Below are positions 9,701-18,725 of a stretch of 48,445 nt of DNA, piece after piece. Under the pieces are notes generated by a model. The model was given only the letters and a program-made list of their open reading frames with translations, had not been told where the DNA came from and did not search any database. The translations under genes were made by a program, and so were the position numbers. Origin of the DNA: an uncultured Nitrososphaerota archaeon (GTDB lineage Archaea > Korarchaeota > Korarchaeia > Korarchaeales > Korarchaeaceae); assembly GCA_964618805.1 (NCBI GenBank), contig CAZUBM010000016.1, positions 1 to 48,445 on the forward strand, given 5' to 3'. Position 1 is the stretch's first letter. Each line of letters starts with the position of its first letter.

Positions 9701-10821
9701 CCACCACACAGCCTTATGGTTGTAGACCGACTGCTTCCAAGCGAACAAGGATCGTCAGTAGCTAGCCTAACAGTTCCCCATTGCGAACCAGAGGCGAATG
9801 AGTTAGTTACTACCGTTATCTCGAATCCAGCGCCGAGTCCAACCATCGTAAACTGAGCGAGATTGCCAGCTTTACTTACGTAAGCATATCCAATTCCCCT
9901 GGTCTTTCTAATGCTCGCATATGCTATGGAGGAACCTTGGGGCATCCATACTGAAGCTCTCCCTGATGTTGTTACACTAAAATCGATAGTTGAAGATCCA
10001 TAAAAAGAGACCCCGTTTCCTCCTGAATAAGGCACATAACTAGTGAAAGTCCCCCAAATACAGACATTAGTTGTAGTGTACTCATCGCATTCGCCTCCAG
10101 AACATGTCCGAAGACTTTTCTTGTCACAATATCCATTTACAAGAGGATTAACCCTTACGGACACAAATCCTGTGGAGTAAAGGATTTTTCTGTCATACTC
10201 CTTCAGATGAGATTTGATTAGACCCTCCAACTTAAGAATTAGATCATTAAGCATACTATATGATGTTGCAATGTTTTGATTTATCGGATCATCACTCGAT
10301 CTATATCTCGATATAAGTTCGCCCATGACCTTTCCTAAGTTATCATAGTGACCAGTCAAGTTTTGTTCAAAAGGCTGGAAAATGATTTCTTGGGTCGATC
10401 TAACTCCTCTATTCGATTTAAATTCACAGTTGCAATCATCATAATGAGATATGAGCACTATGTCTGTCTCTGCTAGACGATATGAATGTATCCTATTAGG
10501 AATTAGAATTGTAGTTACGAATACCGCAGATCCATCTTGAATAAAATAAGAAAAGAGCACATATCCCCTAACCGATCTTTTATATGACTTTATTGCAAAC
10601 TCATAAAACACAATCCGAGCGTCTTCAACTACTTCAGAAAGTATAAGATTAAGGTTTTCAATAACGTAATTTCTAGGAATGCCAATTAATATTCCAGGAG
10701 CATAGTCTATAGATTGTGATCCGAGGATCCTAATTCCCTCTCTAGACTGAATTATTCTGTGAACAATTGGTTCACGAGAGGGAGCAGATAATGTCATTAA
10801 TGGAGTGAACACAACTGTCAA
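9697..10821 (-). CDS. Hypothetical protein, probably secreted and possibly 5'-truncated, with a Cys- and Gly/Ser/Thr-rich C-terminal domain
   Basis: 374-aa ORF that looks AT-richer than its neighbours. The hydrophobic run WIILLTVVFTPLMTLSA lacks an upstream start. No family recognised. Confidence 0.65.
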   Translation of the reverse strand: MTVVFTPLMTLSAPSREPIVHRIIQSREGIRILGSQSIDYAPGILIGIPRNYVIENLNLILSEVVEDARIVFYEFAIKSYKRSVRGYVLFSYFIQDGSAVFVTTILIPNRIHSYRLAETDIVLISHYDDCNCEFKSNRGVRSTQEIIFQPFEQNLTGHYDNLGKVMGELISRYRSSDDPINQNIATSYSMLNDLILKLEGLIKSHLKEYDRKILYSTGFVSVRVNPLVNGYCDKKSLRTCSGGECDEYTTTNVCIWGTFTSYVPYSGGNGVSFYGSSTIDFSVTTSGRASVWMPQGSSIAYASIRKTRGIGYAYVSKAGNLAQFTMVGLGAGFEITVVTNSFASGSQWGTVRLATDDPCSLGSSRSTTIRLCGG

Positions 10822-10978
10822 TAGGATTATCCAACCTTAAAAACTCTGGTTTAGAAAGCGATGAAAGGGTTGAAAACTTAAGAAAAGAGAGTAAAATGGG
10901 AATAAAGACCTTTCATCCAGAGAAAAATCTTTTTGCAATGTTCCAATTATTTAAGCGAACTAACGAATGTGCAATGGA

Positions 10979-11389
10979 TCAAAAAGTTCTCTCAATGAAC
11001 TTCTCGAAGTCCTTGTCATTGGACACTATTCTCTTGCATTTGAGCCTCTTTGCGACGCTGAGATGAATTGAGTCCTCCAAATCAAGCCCTTGAGAGACGA
11101 AGGATAAGGCAGATAGGAAGTCCTCAACTTTTAGATTTGCTATCCTTATCCCCGTCTCAATGACAGCCCTAACAATCTCGTTGACGAAGTCGTAATCCCT
11201 AAGGTTTCTTCCAGCAAGCCCTGAAGCTATTACAAGGACTTCCCATACGGTCAAGGAGCAAGTGATGAATTTATCTGGCTTTTCCTCAACCATTCTTATC
11301 CAATCAAGCGCCTTTGACCCAAATTTTGGATCTCCTGCCAGCCAGTAGACGAAAACATTCACGTCTAAGTAGTCCTCTCCTTCCACCAC
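10979..11389 (-). CDS. vapC: VapC PIN-domain toxin
   Basis: YLDVNVFVY, TVWEV, LEDSIHL and SNDKDF supply the acidic PIN tetrad. It overlaps the antitoxin gene. Confidence 0.92.
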   Translation of the reverse strand: MVEGEDYLDVNVFVYWLAGDPKFGSKALDWIRMVEEKPDKFITCSLTVWEVLVIASGLAGRNLRDYDFVNEIVRAVIETGIRIANLKVEDFLSALSFVSQGLDLEDSIHLSVAKRLKCKRIVSNDKDFEKFIERTF

Positions 11390-11604
11390 TTTGCCATCGC
11401 CTCAATTACCACGCTATCTAAGTCCTCAGGGACTTCTGCCCTTAGAATCCCGTAATATCTCGTTGAGACTGGTTCTAAGGATTCTATCACAAGCTTTCTT
11501 CCCTCAACTCTCATCCTAACCCTCTTTCCTATCTTAAGGGCCTTCCTTACCCTCTTTGGAATTGTCACCCTCCCCTTCTCATCCACGTTTGCAATTAGCT
11601 CCAT
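11365..11604 (-). CDS. vapB: AbrB/MazE-type antitoxin
   Basis: VDEKGRVTIPKRVRKALKI is the AbrB signature, and the gene lies directly upstream of the PIN toxin. Confidence 0.92.
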   Translation of the reverse strand: MELIANVDEKGRVTIPKRVRKALKIGKRVRMRVEGRKLVIESLEPVSTRYYGILRAEVPEDLDSVVIEAMAKWWKERTT

Positions 11605-11843
11605 TGGCCCACCATTTTGATTAATCCCACTTTTTGTATTTTAATATATTGTGGGCGAAAGCAGTTAGCATCTCATAATGAAAAAAGATCGATATAACTT
11701 ACCTCTAGGACTTAGTAGGGCGCTTTGCGAGGTCTTCCTTTTCTTGAACAGACCTTAAGCGTGCTCCAATGAACATTTATTACTCGTATTAGCGTTACCT
11801 CCAGTCACAAACATTAATTTGGCCAAGGGGGTTCAGGAGTAGG

Positions 11844-13262
11844 ATGGCCTTACAAGGAAGTTCTGATTTTGAAGGGAAGCTTGAAAGGGTATTTGGCAGA
11901 GATGCGGTTGTTGAGAAGGGCATACACTTGAGCTTGGGACCTTGGGGAGTTCCAAGGTTCATAGAGGAATATTTGATCATGAGGGAGTGCGCTGGCCTTT
12001 CTGCAACTAGCTGTACGAAGCGGGTTTCAAGCATCCTCAGGAGGTTCCGTCCAGAGCCATCGGAGAAGAACCTTAAGCTTGATCAGTTAATGAGCGACGG
12101 CGAGCTAACGTTGATGGACTTCTTTACCGTAACGACTGACATAAAGAAAGGAGTTCACAGGCTTTCCATACCCTGTTTGGACTTGAAGAAGGGGATGGTC
12201 CATCCAAGGGTGCTTAGAGAGCACGAAAACTTGCTAAGAAATGGAGTTTGGGGCATGGGAAGGCTCCTTTACGATCCAAAGCTCTCATTTGGAGCTAAGG
12301 ATTCTGATCCTGTCTCCTTGGTGGAGCTCGTCCCTTACCAGATTTCTTCCCTAGACATATCGGAGTTTCAGGAGGCTAGAAGCAAGTTTTCAGATGAGGA
12401 ATGGTTAGACCTACTCATAAAAAGCCTTGGCCTGAATCCTGAAGCCTATGAAGAGGACCAGAAGCTTTACTTTTTGGCTAGGCTCATTCCTCTTGCGGAG
12501 CCCAACACTAACATGATGGAGTTTGGACCCAGAGCCACTGGAAAGACTTTCCTATACAGGAACATCTCGCCTCTCGTTAGGATAGTATCTGGAGGAGTGA
12601 TAAGCCCTGCCCAGCTGTTCTACCACAAGGTTCACGGCACGGTAGGGCTTATAGGAGTTATGGACGTCGTTGTCTTCGACGAGATTCAGTACCTCAAGTT
12701 CTCTGGTGCTGAGGAGATATTGGGTAAGCTGAAAGACTACATGGCAAGCGGACACTTTGAGAGAGGAGCTAAGCAGGCTGCAAGCGGCTGTTCCTTGGTG
12801 TTCATGGGGAACATTGACTGGGACGTTAAAGAAGGTTTGGACATTGACAGGACGATACCTAGGTTTGCTAGGGATCCAGCCTTTATGGATAGGATCCATG
12901 GCCTAATACCGGGTTGGAGGCTTCCTAAAATTACGGAGGAAGAGCATTTGGCCAAGGGGAAGGGACTTGCTCTTGACTATCTAGGATCAGTGCTCCACGA
13001 GCTTAGGATGATGAACTTCAGGGAGGAGGTAAAAGGGCTGGTTGACATAGTAGGGAATCCGAGCATTAGGGACCAGCAGGCTGTAATTCGCCTCCTTTCA
13101 GGATTTCTGAAGATATTGTACCCTGACATGAACTTTGACGGTTCGCTCTTGCCAAAGATCGTTCAGATAGTTGAAGAAATGAGGGGAATAGTCAGGAAAT
13201 GGCTGGCAGCCAAGCTCCCCCATGAATACGGAGAGGACTTCGAGGTGGTGCTCCTCAGTTGA
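11844..13262 (+). CDS. brxL: BrxL-family AAA+ ATPase lacking the C-terminal Lon protease domain (TIGR02688-like)
   Basis: Motifs EFGPRATGKT (Walker A), SGG...LFY...GLIG..DVVVFDEI (Walker B), KDYMASGHFERG, VFMGN, AFMDRIHG.IPGW.LPK and RDQQAV all match BrxL. At 472 aa it ends where the Lon domain would begin. Confidence 0.88.
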   Translation: MALQGSSDFEGKLERVFGRDAVVEKGIHLSLGPWGVPRFIEEYLIMRECAGLSATSCTKRVSSILRRFRPEPSEKNLKLDQLMSDGELTLMDFFTVTTDIKKGVHRLSIPCLDLKKGMVHPRVLREHENLLRNGVWGMGRLLYDPKLSFGAKDSDPVSLVELVPYQISSLDISEFQEARSKFSDEEWLDLLIKSLGLNPEAYEEDQKLYFLARLIPLAEPNTNMMEFGPRATGKTFLYRNISPLVRIVSGGVISPAQLFYHKVHGTVGLIGVMDVVVFDEIQYLKFSGAEEILGKLKDYMASGHFERGAKQAASGCSLVFMGNIDWDVKEGLDIDRTIPRFARDPAFMDRIHGLIPGWRLPKITEEEHLAKGKGLALDYLGSVLHELRMMNFREEVKGLVDIVGNPSIRDQQAVIRLLSGFLKILYPDMNFDGSLLPKIVQIVEEMRGIVRKWLAAKLPHEYGEDFEVVLLS

Positions 13263-14470
13263 GAAAATCCAGTTATAACTACATACTGACAAGGAGAACT
13301 TTAGAAGATGTCATGGAAAGGTTTAGGAGAAGAGTGGAAGAAGAGGGAGAGCCTCCCGAGGATGCCAAAGCCAGCGTGGTTCTAGAGGCAACTCCTGCGC
13401 TAGTTGCTGCTTGGAAGGGCCTGTACAAGAAGATAGCAGGGGAAAAGCACATATTAAGGGCTGCCAGCGGGATCCATGTCCTTTTCCCGGAGGAAGACTC
13501 TATCAGGATAAGGCCTTTCAGCGAATACCTTCTTCAAGGCGTCATAATGCAGTCTGAAGAGGGTTTCGACCTCAGCCTCTTGAGAAAGAGGATAAGCAAG
13601 GGAGCTGCGGCTAAAGCCCTGAAAGAGTTTGTAAAGGAATCTACGGGCGTTCCAAAGGCGAGGGTGGAGTTTGAAGGATGGAAGGAAGTCCTCTTAGGAG
13701 TGAGGTGGAAGGTCAGGTTTAGCTTAGAGGAGGGATCTGGCGAGTTCCTGATCTCTGACCTCTCTGAGGAAGAGATCTTGGATTGGCCGCCAATAGGCGA
13801 TAGAAAAGCTATAGAGATCGCCAAAAGAGAAGCCATAGCTCTCGCTGCAAGGAGTAAGAAGAAAAGGCGCAGAGCTGAGGGAATAAGAATCATTAGGAGT
13901 TGGGACTCTTTCTTCGGTGAGAGAAAAGGGATAAGAACCAGAGCTAGCCTCTTAAATGAAGATGAAAGGAGATACCTGCTTCTAGCGAGGGCTGAGGACA
14001 AAAGATTCCTTATAGAGCTTAGCAAGCTATCAGGAAGAGTTCTAGGGCACAAAGAGGTTCCGACAGAGGAAGAAATTGAAGAGATCATTAGAGATGAAGG
14101 AAAGGCCTTAGGAATCGACATAAGGATAGAGAAGGAGCTGTATAAAGGAGAAAAATTGCAGATAAGGGCTTCAGATGAGAAGGGGTGGTATTCTCTCCTT
14201 TTTGTTTGCAATTCAGAGGAGATTAGACTCTCTGAGATAAGAGTAACTCCTACAGGTGTTGAGGAAATGCTTAGGCTTTTCTCAGAGGATCCCAGGGCTA
14301 AAGTAATTTCACACGCCTACTCTAAAGGTCTATTGAAGATAAGCGGTGAAGGGATCAAAGGCAAGTACTCCTTGCTAATCGACGTTAGCAAGCTTGGAGA
14401 ACCAAAGTTATTGGACTTCAGGGTAAGAAAAGGGTTGCTTGATAGGATAAAAAGGCTTTTCCACGGCTAA
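13259..14470 (+). CDS. Hypothetical, highly charged cytoplasmic protein coupled to the brxL-like gene; possible PepSY-like repeats
   Basis: TTGA 4-bp overlap with brxL and 403 aa with host-like codon usage. It has repeated helix + beta-hairpin units such as AIEIAK...RYLLLARAEDKRFLIELSKLSGRVL. No catalytic motif recognised. Confidence 0.75.
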   Translation: MRKSSYNYILTRRTLEDVMERFRRRVEEEGEPPEDAKASVVLEATPALVAAWKGLYKKIAGEKHILRAASGIHVLFPEEDSIRIRPFSEYLLQGVIMQSEEGFDLSLLRKRISKGAAAKALKEFVKESTGVPKARVEFEGWKEVLLGVRWKVRFSLEEGSGEFLISDLSEEEILDWPPIGDRKAIEIAKREAIALAARSKKKRRRAEGIRIIRSWDSFFGERKGIRTRASLLNEDERRYLLLARAEDKRFLIELSKLSGRVLGHKEVPTEEEIEEIIRDEGKALGIDIRIEKELYKGEKLQIRASDEKGWYSLLFVCNSEEIRLSEIRVTPTGVEEMLRLFSEDPRAKVISHAYSKGLLKISGEGIKGKYSLLIDVSKLGEPKLLDFRVRKGLLDRIKRLFHG

Positions 14471-14659
14471 TTTTGCCTAATTATGTCAAGATCGATTTAA
14501 ATTAGGAGAAAGCATCTGTTTCTATGGTTTGGCCAAAAAAAGCTAAAGTGTCGTTTCTTTTGTAAGGTTGGCTGGAAGAACACGACGTTGATGAAATTAG
14601 GACTTCAATCGAATGGAATTGGAAAAGAATATATGAACTAAGGGATTTAGCTTTTCAGA

Positions 14660-15082
14660 ATGGATGAAGATAGATTAAACAGATTACTCACTGAAATCGA
14701 GGATTTAAACAAAAAGGCAGAAGATCTGCTTTCAATACCTTTAGAGAACTTTCTTAGGGATTTCAAAGCCATATATGCCCTTAAAATGATTTTAGTTGAG
14801 ATGACTGAAATAATTCTGAGCATAGGACTCCTAATATTGAGGGAAGGCTTCAAGATAAGAGAGATAGAAGGATATGTCTGGATTTTAAGGGAATTGGTAA
14901 AGAGGGGGGTCTTGTCTAACGAGATTGGAGAGAATTTAGAGGCGCTTGTCAGGTTAAGAAACATGATAATTCACAGATATTGGGAAGTAGACGAGAGAAG
15001 ACTATATAGGGAGTCTAAGGAAAGCATTGGTCTGATTAAGAAGTTTATCGAGGAGGTTAAGAACTATGCTTCAAAGGATTGA
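14660..15082 (+). CDS. HEPN (DUF86/HepT-type) RNase toxin
   Basis: RNMIIHRY fits the R-x4-H-x-Y catalytic motif, and the gene overlaps an MNT gene. Confidence 0.9.
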   Translation: MDEDRLNRLLTEIEDLNKKAEDLLSIPLENFLRDFKAIYALKMILVEMTEIILSIGLLILREGFKIREIEGYVWILRELVKRGVLSNEIGENLEALVRLRNMIIHRYWEVDERRLYRESKESIGLIKKFIEEVKNYASKD

Positions 15083-15464
15083 AGAGAAGGAAAAGCTCAG
15101 ACTTTATCGACTCTCCAAAGATGAGAAAAGGGAGTTAATCAAGAGGATAAAGGATATTCTAAACGAAAAGGATGAAATAATTGTTGCTATCATTTACGGC
15201 TCTTTTTTGGAAGGTCTTAACTTTAGGGATATAGATGTTGCTGTCTACGTTGGGAAAAGGATCAATCCACTGAAATATGGGGCTAAACTTGAGAAACAGT
15301 TAGGAGAGTTGGGTTTCCCGTTTGATGTAAGGCTGCTTAACTTTGCCCCGCCTTGGTTCATAAAAAAGGTTGTAGAGAAGGGGTTATTGCTCCTCGACAA
15401 GGAAAAAATCATTGATGCACTCCATCTAGCTGCTTTAGAGGAACTTGGACTTGATTTTAGGTAG
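15066..15464 (+). CDS. Minimal nucleotidyltransferase (MNT/MntA-type) antitoxin
   Basis: IIYGSF...RDIDVAV and FDVRLLN.AP motifs. Confidence 0.9.
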   Translation: MLQRIEEKEKLRLYRLSKDEKRELIKRIKDILNEKDEIIVAIIYGSFLEGLNFRDIDVAVYVGKRINPLKYGAKLEKQLGELGFPFDVRLLNFAPPWFIKKVVEKGLLLLDKEKIIDALHLAALEELGLDFR

Positions 15465-15643
15465 TTCTTAGCTTAATTGTGATAACACATGCAATTTGAG
15501 GTTATAGATGAAACTCCTCTCCCAAGAAAAGGAAATAGGATTTTAGAAGGGAGGTCATAACAGGTTGAAATTAGTGCTGGATGATCCCAGGAGTTTGTCT
15601 TGTTTAAGAGCTTTAGCTTTGCCTCACGTCGTGCTTAACAAAT

Positions 15644-16540
15644 TTATCTGATGATACCGGCCTTTTTCAAAGCCTCCTCCACTTCTCTCATTTCCTCCTT
15701 TCCCAACGGTAGCGTTGGCCTTCTAGGATACCCAGCTGGCACTCCTTGAATGCTAACCGCATACTTAACTGCGGCAAGCTGGTTCAGCTTTCTAACAACT
15801 ATGCTATTCAGGAAGGAGATAGTTGCCTGTAACTTAGCAGCTATTTCGTAATTTCCAGCCTTGAACTCCTCATACAGGTCCCTACAAAGCTTAGGTGCGA
15901 AAATTGCAACTGCTATAATCGCCCCCTTACCTCCAAGCATCAGGGTTGATAGGAATGCGTCGGCAGATCCTGCAAGGACAGAGATCTTATCGCCAACAAG
16001 CCTAATTATCTCTGATACTAGAGCCACGCTTCCGCTGCTGTCCTTTATACCTATCACGTTATCGCATTCCTCAACTACCTGGTGCACGACCTTGGGATCA
16101 AGGGAGATGCCTGTGAACTTTGGCACGTTGTAAAGTATTAGTGGAAGGTCTACGGCTTCTGCTACAGTCTTATAGTGTTGATACATCTCCTCGTTTGAAT
16201 GTTTGAAGTAGAAGGGCGTTACAACGAGCGCTGCATCTGCACCCAGATCTTCAGCGTCCTTAGTCAATTGTATGGTCTCCCTAGTGCTTATACCTCCAGT
16301 TCCGGCTATGACAGGAACCCTACCGTTTACTTGATCTATTACTGTTTCGATGACCTTCTTCCTCTCATCTCTAGAAAGATATGGAGCCTCTCCGTTGCTT
16401 CCACAAGTTACTAAGCCAGAAACCCCTCCTTCTATCCAGAATTCCACGCACCTCCTTAACGCTTCAAGGTCTAGGTCCCCATTTTTCGTAAATGGAGTAA
16501 CATGAGGAGGAAATACGCCCTGCAAATCCTCTTTTCTCAC
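15644..16540 (-). CDS. DHDPS/NAL-family class I aldolase, HOGA (4-hydroxy-2-oxoglutarate aldolase)-like
   Basis: PPHVTPF, GSNGE (the HOGA-type motif; DapA has GTTGE), LYNVP and the Schiff-base Lys in GIKDSSG. GTG 16540 follows AGGTGA. Confidence 0.85.
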   Translation of the reverse strand: MRKEDLQGVFPPHVTPFTKNGDLDLEALRRCVEFWIEGGVSGLVTCGSNGEAPYLSRDERKKVIETVIDQVNGRVPVIAGTGGISTRETIQLTKDAEDLGADAALVVTPFYFKHSNEEMYQHYKTVAEAVDLPLILYNVPKFTGISLDPKVVHQVVEECDNVIGIKDSSGSVALVSEIIRLVGDKISVLAGSADAFLSTLMLGGKGAIIAVAIFAPKLCRDLYEEFKAGNYEIAAKLQATISFLNSIVVRKLNQLAAVKYAVSIQGVPAGYPRRPTLPLGKEEMREVEEALKKAGIIR

Positions 16541-16668
16541 AAAAATCACCTAAAAAAGGCTTTGTGTTCGTTCCTCCTGAATTAATTAAAATTTAATCGA
16601 CGATGGGAACAGGCTTTACGAATATCAAATTAATGCCTTGAAATTAAAAAGAAAGGGAGTTGGGAGGA

Positions 16669-17712
16669 TCAGTACCCGCCCATTATCAGGGCCATAATTG
16701 CTTTTTGAACGTGAAGCCTGTTCTCAGCCTCATCGAAGACGACACTGTGCGGACCATCAATAACGTCGTCTGTTACTTCCATCCCCCTGTCAGCAGGCAA
16801 GCAGTGCATGTAGATGACGTTGCTGCTTGCCCTATCAAGCTTTTCCTGATCGCAAATCCAGTCCTTGTACTTGTTCATAAGCTCGATCATCCCCTTCTCG
16901 TCGACAGTTGGGACGTTTGGAGGCATAAACTTCAGGGACCCCCAAGACTTGGGATAGACAACATCTGCCCCTTCGAAAGCCTCTTCCATGTTATAGCTTA
17001 TCTCAAATGTCCCTCCAAACTCATCAGCGTTCTTCTTAGCTTGCTCTACTATCTTTGGATCTAGCTCCAGCCCCTTGGGATGTGCTAACACCACTTCGCC
17101 TCCAAACCTGGTGAAGGCGAGTATAGCACTCTGAGGAACGGCAACCGGCTTTATTCCACCGCTGTAGGCCCAGCTCATGACTATCTTCTTTCCTTCAAGC
17201 CTTCCATGCTTCTCCAGTATCGTCATAACGTCTGCCATGGCTTGGCACGGGTGATATATGTCGTCCTCCATGTTTATCAGCGGTATGTCTGCCCAATAAG
17301 CAAATTCCCTTATTATCTGATTTCCCTTTCCGTATATCCAGTTAACTGCTTCTCCATATATCCTTATAGCAATTGCATGCCCATATCTGCTTAATACCCT
17401 TGCAACGTCGCATATCCTCTCAGTCTTGTAAGGGATTTCCTCCCCTGCCAGAGCTGGCCTATAGACCGCTGTTGGAGATAGATATATGCCTTGCCCTCCT
17501 AGCTGAAAGATGCCCGTCTGAAAGCTGTTTCTTGTCCTAAGCGATGGATTGTAAAAGAGCATGTAGAGGGTCTTGCCTTCTAGTAGCCTGTGAGGTGCAC
17601 CCTTCCTTTGCTTTTCCTTAAGCTCGAATGCTAGCTTAAGGACTTGCTCAAGCTCCTCCCTGCTCCATTCTTGGGTTGATATGAAATCCCTCCCTCTCAA
17701 ACTAAGGGTCAT
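16669..17712 (-). CDS. ygeW: YgeW-like (knotted) carbamoyltransferase
   Basis: SLRT, HPCQAMAD and HCLP are carbamoyltransferase motifs. MSWAYS..KPVAVPQS..TRFG.EVVLAHP.G and MEEAF..ADVVYPKSW are YgeW-specific. It lacks the SMG ornithine motif of ArgF. Confidence 0.85.
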   Translation of the reverse strand: MTLSLRGRDFISTQEWSREELEQVLKLAFELKEKQRKGAPHRLLEGKTLYMLFYNPSLRTRNSFQTGIFQLGGQGIYLSPTAVYRPALAGEEIPYKTERICDVARVLSRYGHAIAIRIYGEAVNWIYGKGNQIIREFAYWADIPLINMEDDIYHPCQAMADVMTILEKHGRLEGKKIVMSWAYSGGIKPVAVPQSAILAFTRFGGEVVLAHPKGLELDPKIVEQAKKNADEFGGTFEISYNMEEAFEGADVVYPKSWGSLKFMPPNVPTVDEKGMIELMNKYKDWICDQEKLDRASSNVIYMHCLPADRGMEVTDDVIDGPHSVVFDEAENRLHVQKAIMALIMGGY

Positions 17713-17840
17713 CCAAATACACCCGTTACTTTTCACTTGTACCTTTAATTTGAACTTTACGAAAGATTGTTAGGATCCATGGCAGAGGTAAATTGATGAA
17801 ATTGGCATAAAAATACGTGTTTTGACTTGACTATGAGAAG

Positions 17841-17873
17841 ATAGAGAAGCTATATCAAACATAGCTTCTCTAT
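17841..17873. promoter_or_regulatory. 13-bp perfect inverted repeat ATAGAGAAGCTAT-N7-ATAGCTTCTCTAT in the divergent ygeW / wHTH-MNT intergenic region
   Basis: Read directly from the sequence; an operator role is inferred. Confidence 0.65.
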
Positions 17874-17887
17874 ATATCAAAGGCTTA

Positions 17888-17917
17888 AGGCTATTTTTTG
17901 TTAGGCTATTTTTTGTT
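17888..17917. repeat. 2 x 15-bp tandem duplication AGGCTATTTTTTGTT
   Basis: 17888-17902 is identical to 17903-17917. Confidence 0.9.
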
Positions 17918-17963
17918 AGAAAATTATATATTAAAATATATCATTTGGTTTACTTTGGTACAG

Positions 17964-18725
17964 ATGAAGCTAGTGGATGAGCACTCCTTTAAGGTCCTTT
18001 CCAGAGTCGATGAACTCGGAACCTCAAGATTCAGCGATTTGATGAAGGAGATAAGAAATCCAAGAACTCTTAGTAGGAGGCTTAAGGAACTGACGTCGAT
18101 GGGATTGCTTTCCCGTTCAAATGAAGGATATAGGCTAACAGCCAAGGGAAGAAGGGTCCTTAAGCTAATGAAAAACCTTCTAATGGAGCTGTCAAGAAGA
18201 GATCTTGTTAAGAATCTTGATAGAATTCCCCACAGGATGTATTCCTCGCTTTTAAGAAGGTATTGCGAGATACTTAGGGAAAAATTTGGGGAGAGGCTTA
18301 TTGGAATTCTCCTTTTTGGATCCATTGCAAGAGGAGACTGGAAAAAGGACAGTGACATAGATCTCCTCCTTGTCATAAGGGGATGGAAGGACAAAAAGGT
18401 TTGGGAAAGGTTAAGGGAGCTATCGATAGCAAAGGAGATTTTAAGAGAAAGCAGGGAGTTTCATGAGGCGCTATCTAAGGGCTACTTCCCTTCCATTCAG
18501 CACTATGCTCTTGATCCCGAAGAAGTACAAATGTTTCATAGCATATATCCTGATGTAGCAGCTGATGGGATAATTCTGTACGATGAAGAAGGCTTCATGG
18601 ATAGGCTCGTATCCTCTATAAGGGAGAAGTTGAAGAGAAATGGTGCTTTAAGGATCTCTACACCTGATGGAAGGTACTATTGGATTCTGAAAGATGTCAG
18701 GGCTGGGGAGGTCTTTGAGCTTTGA
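17964..18725 (+). CDS. Winged-HTH (HxlR/ArsR-like) fused to an MNT nucleotidyltransferase
   Basis: N-terminal RFSDL...NPRTLSRRLKEL...YRLTAKG and C-terminal LFGSIARGDWKKDSDIDLL. I moved the start to ATG 17964, downstream of the TATA-like box. Confidence 0.88.
   Translation: MKLVDEHSFKVLSRVDELGTSRFSDLMKEIRNPRTLSRRLKELTSMGLLSRSNEGYRLTAKGRRVLKLMKNLLMELSRRDLVKNLDRIPHRMYSSLLRRYCEILREKFGERLIGILLFGSIARGDWKKDSDIDLLLVIRGWKDKKVWERLRELSIAKEILRESREFHEALSKGYFPSIQHYALDPEEVQMFHSIYPDVAADGIILYDEEGFMDRLVSSIREKLKRNGALRISTPDGRYYWILKDVRAGEVFEL

Noticed and set aside
1-11604. Integron-like cassette array (co-oriented genes plus TA modules)
   Set aside because: There is no integrase, and I could not find recurring attC-type RYYYAAC...GTTRRRY hairpins. 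The shared element lies upstream of genes and looks promoter-associated. A covariance-model search would be needed to exclude it fully.
11844-14470. Complete BREX system or a Lon protease
   Set aside because: No pglZ, pglX, brxC, brxA or brxB in the window, and the protein has no Ser-Lys Lon domain.
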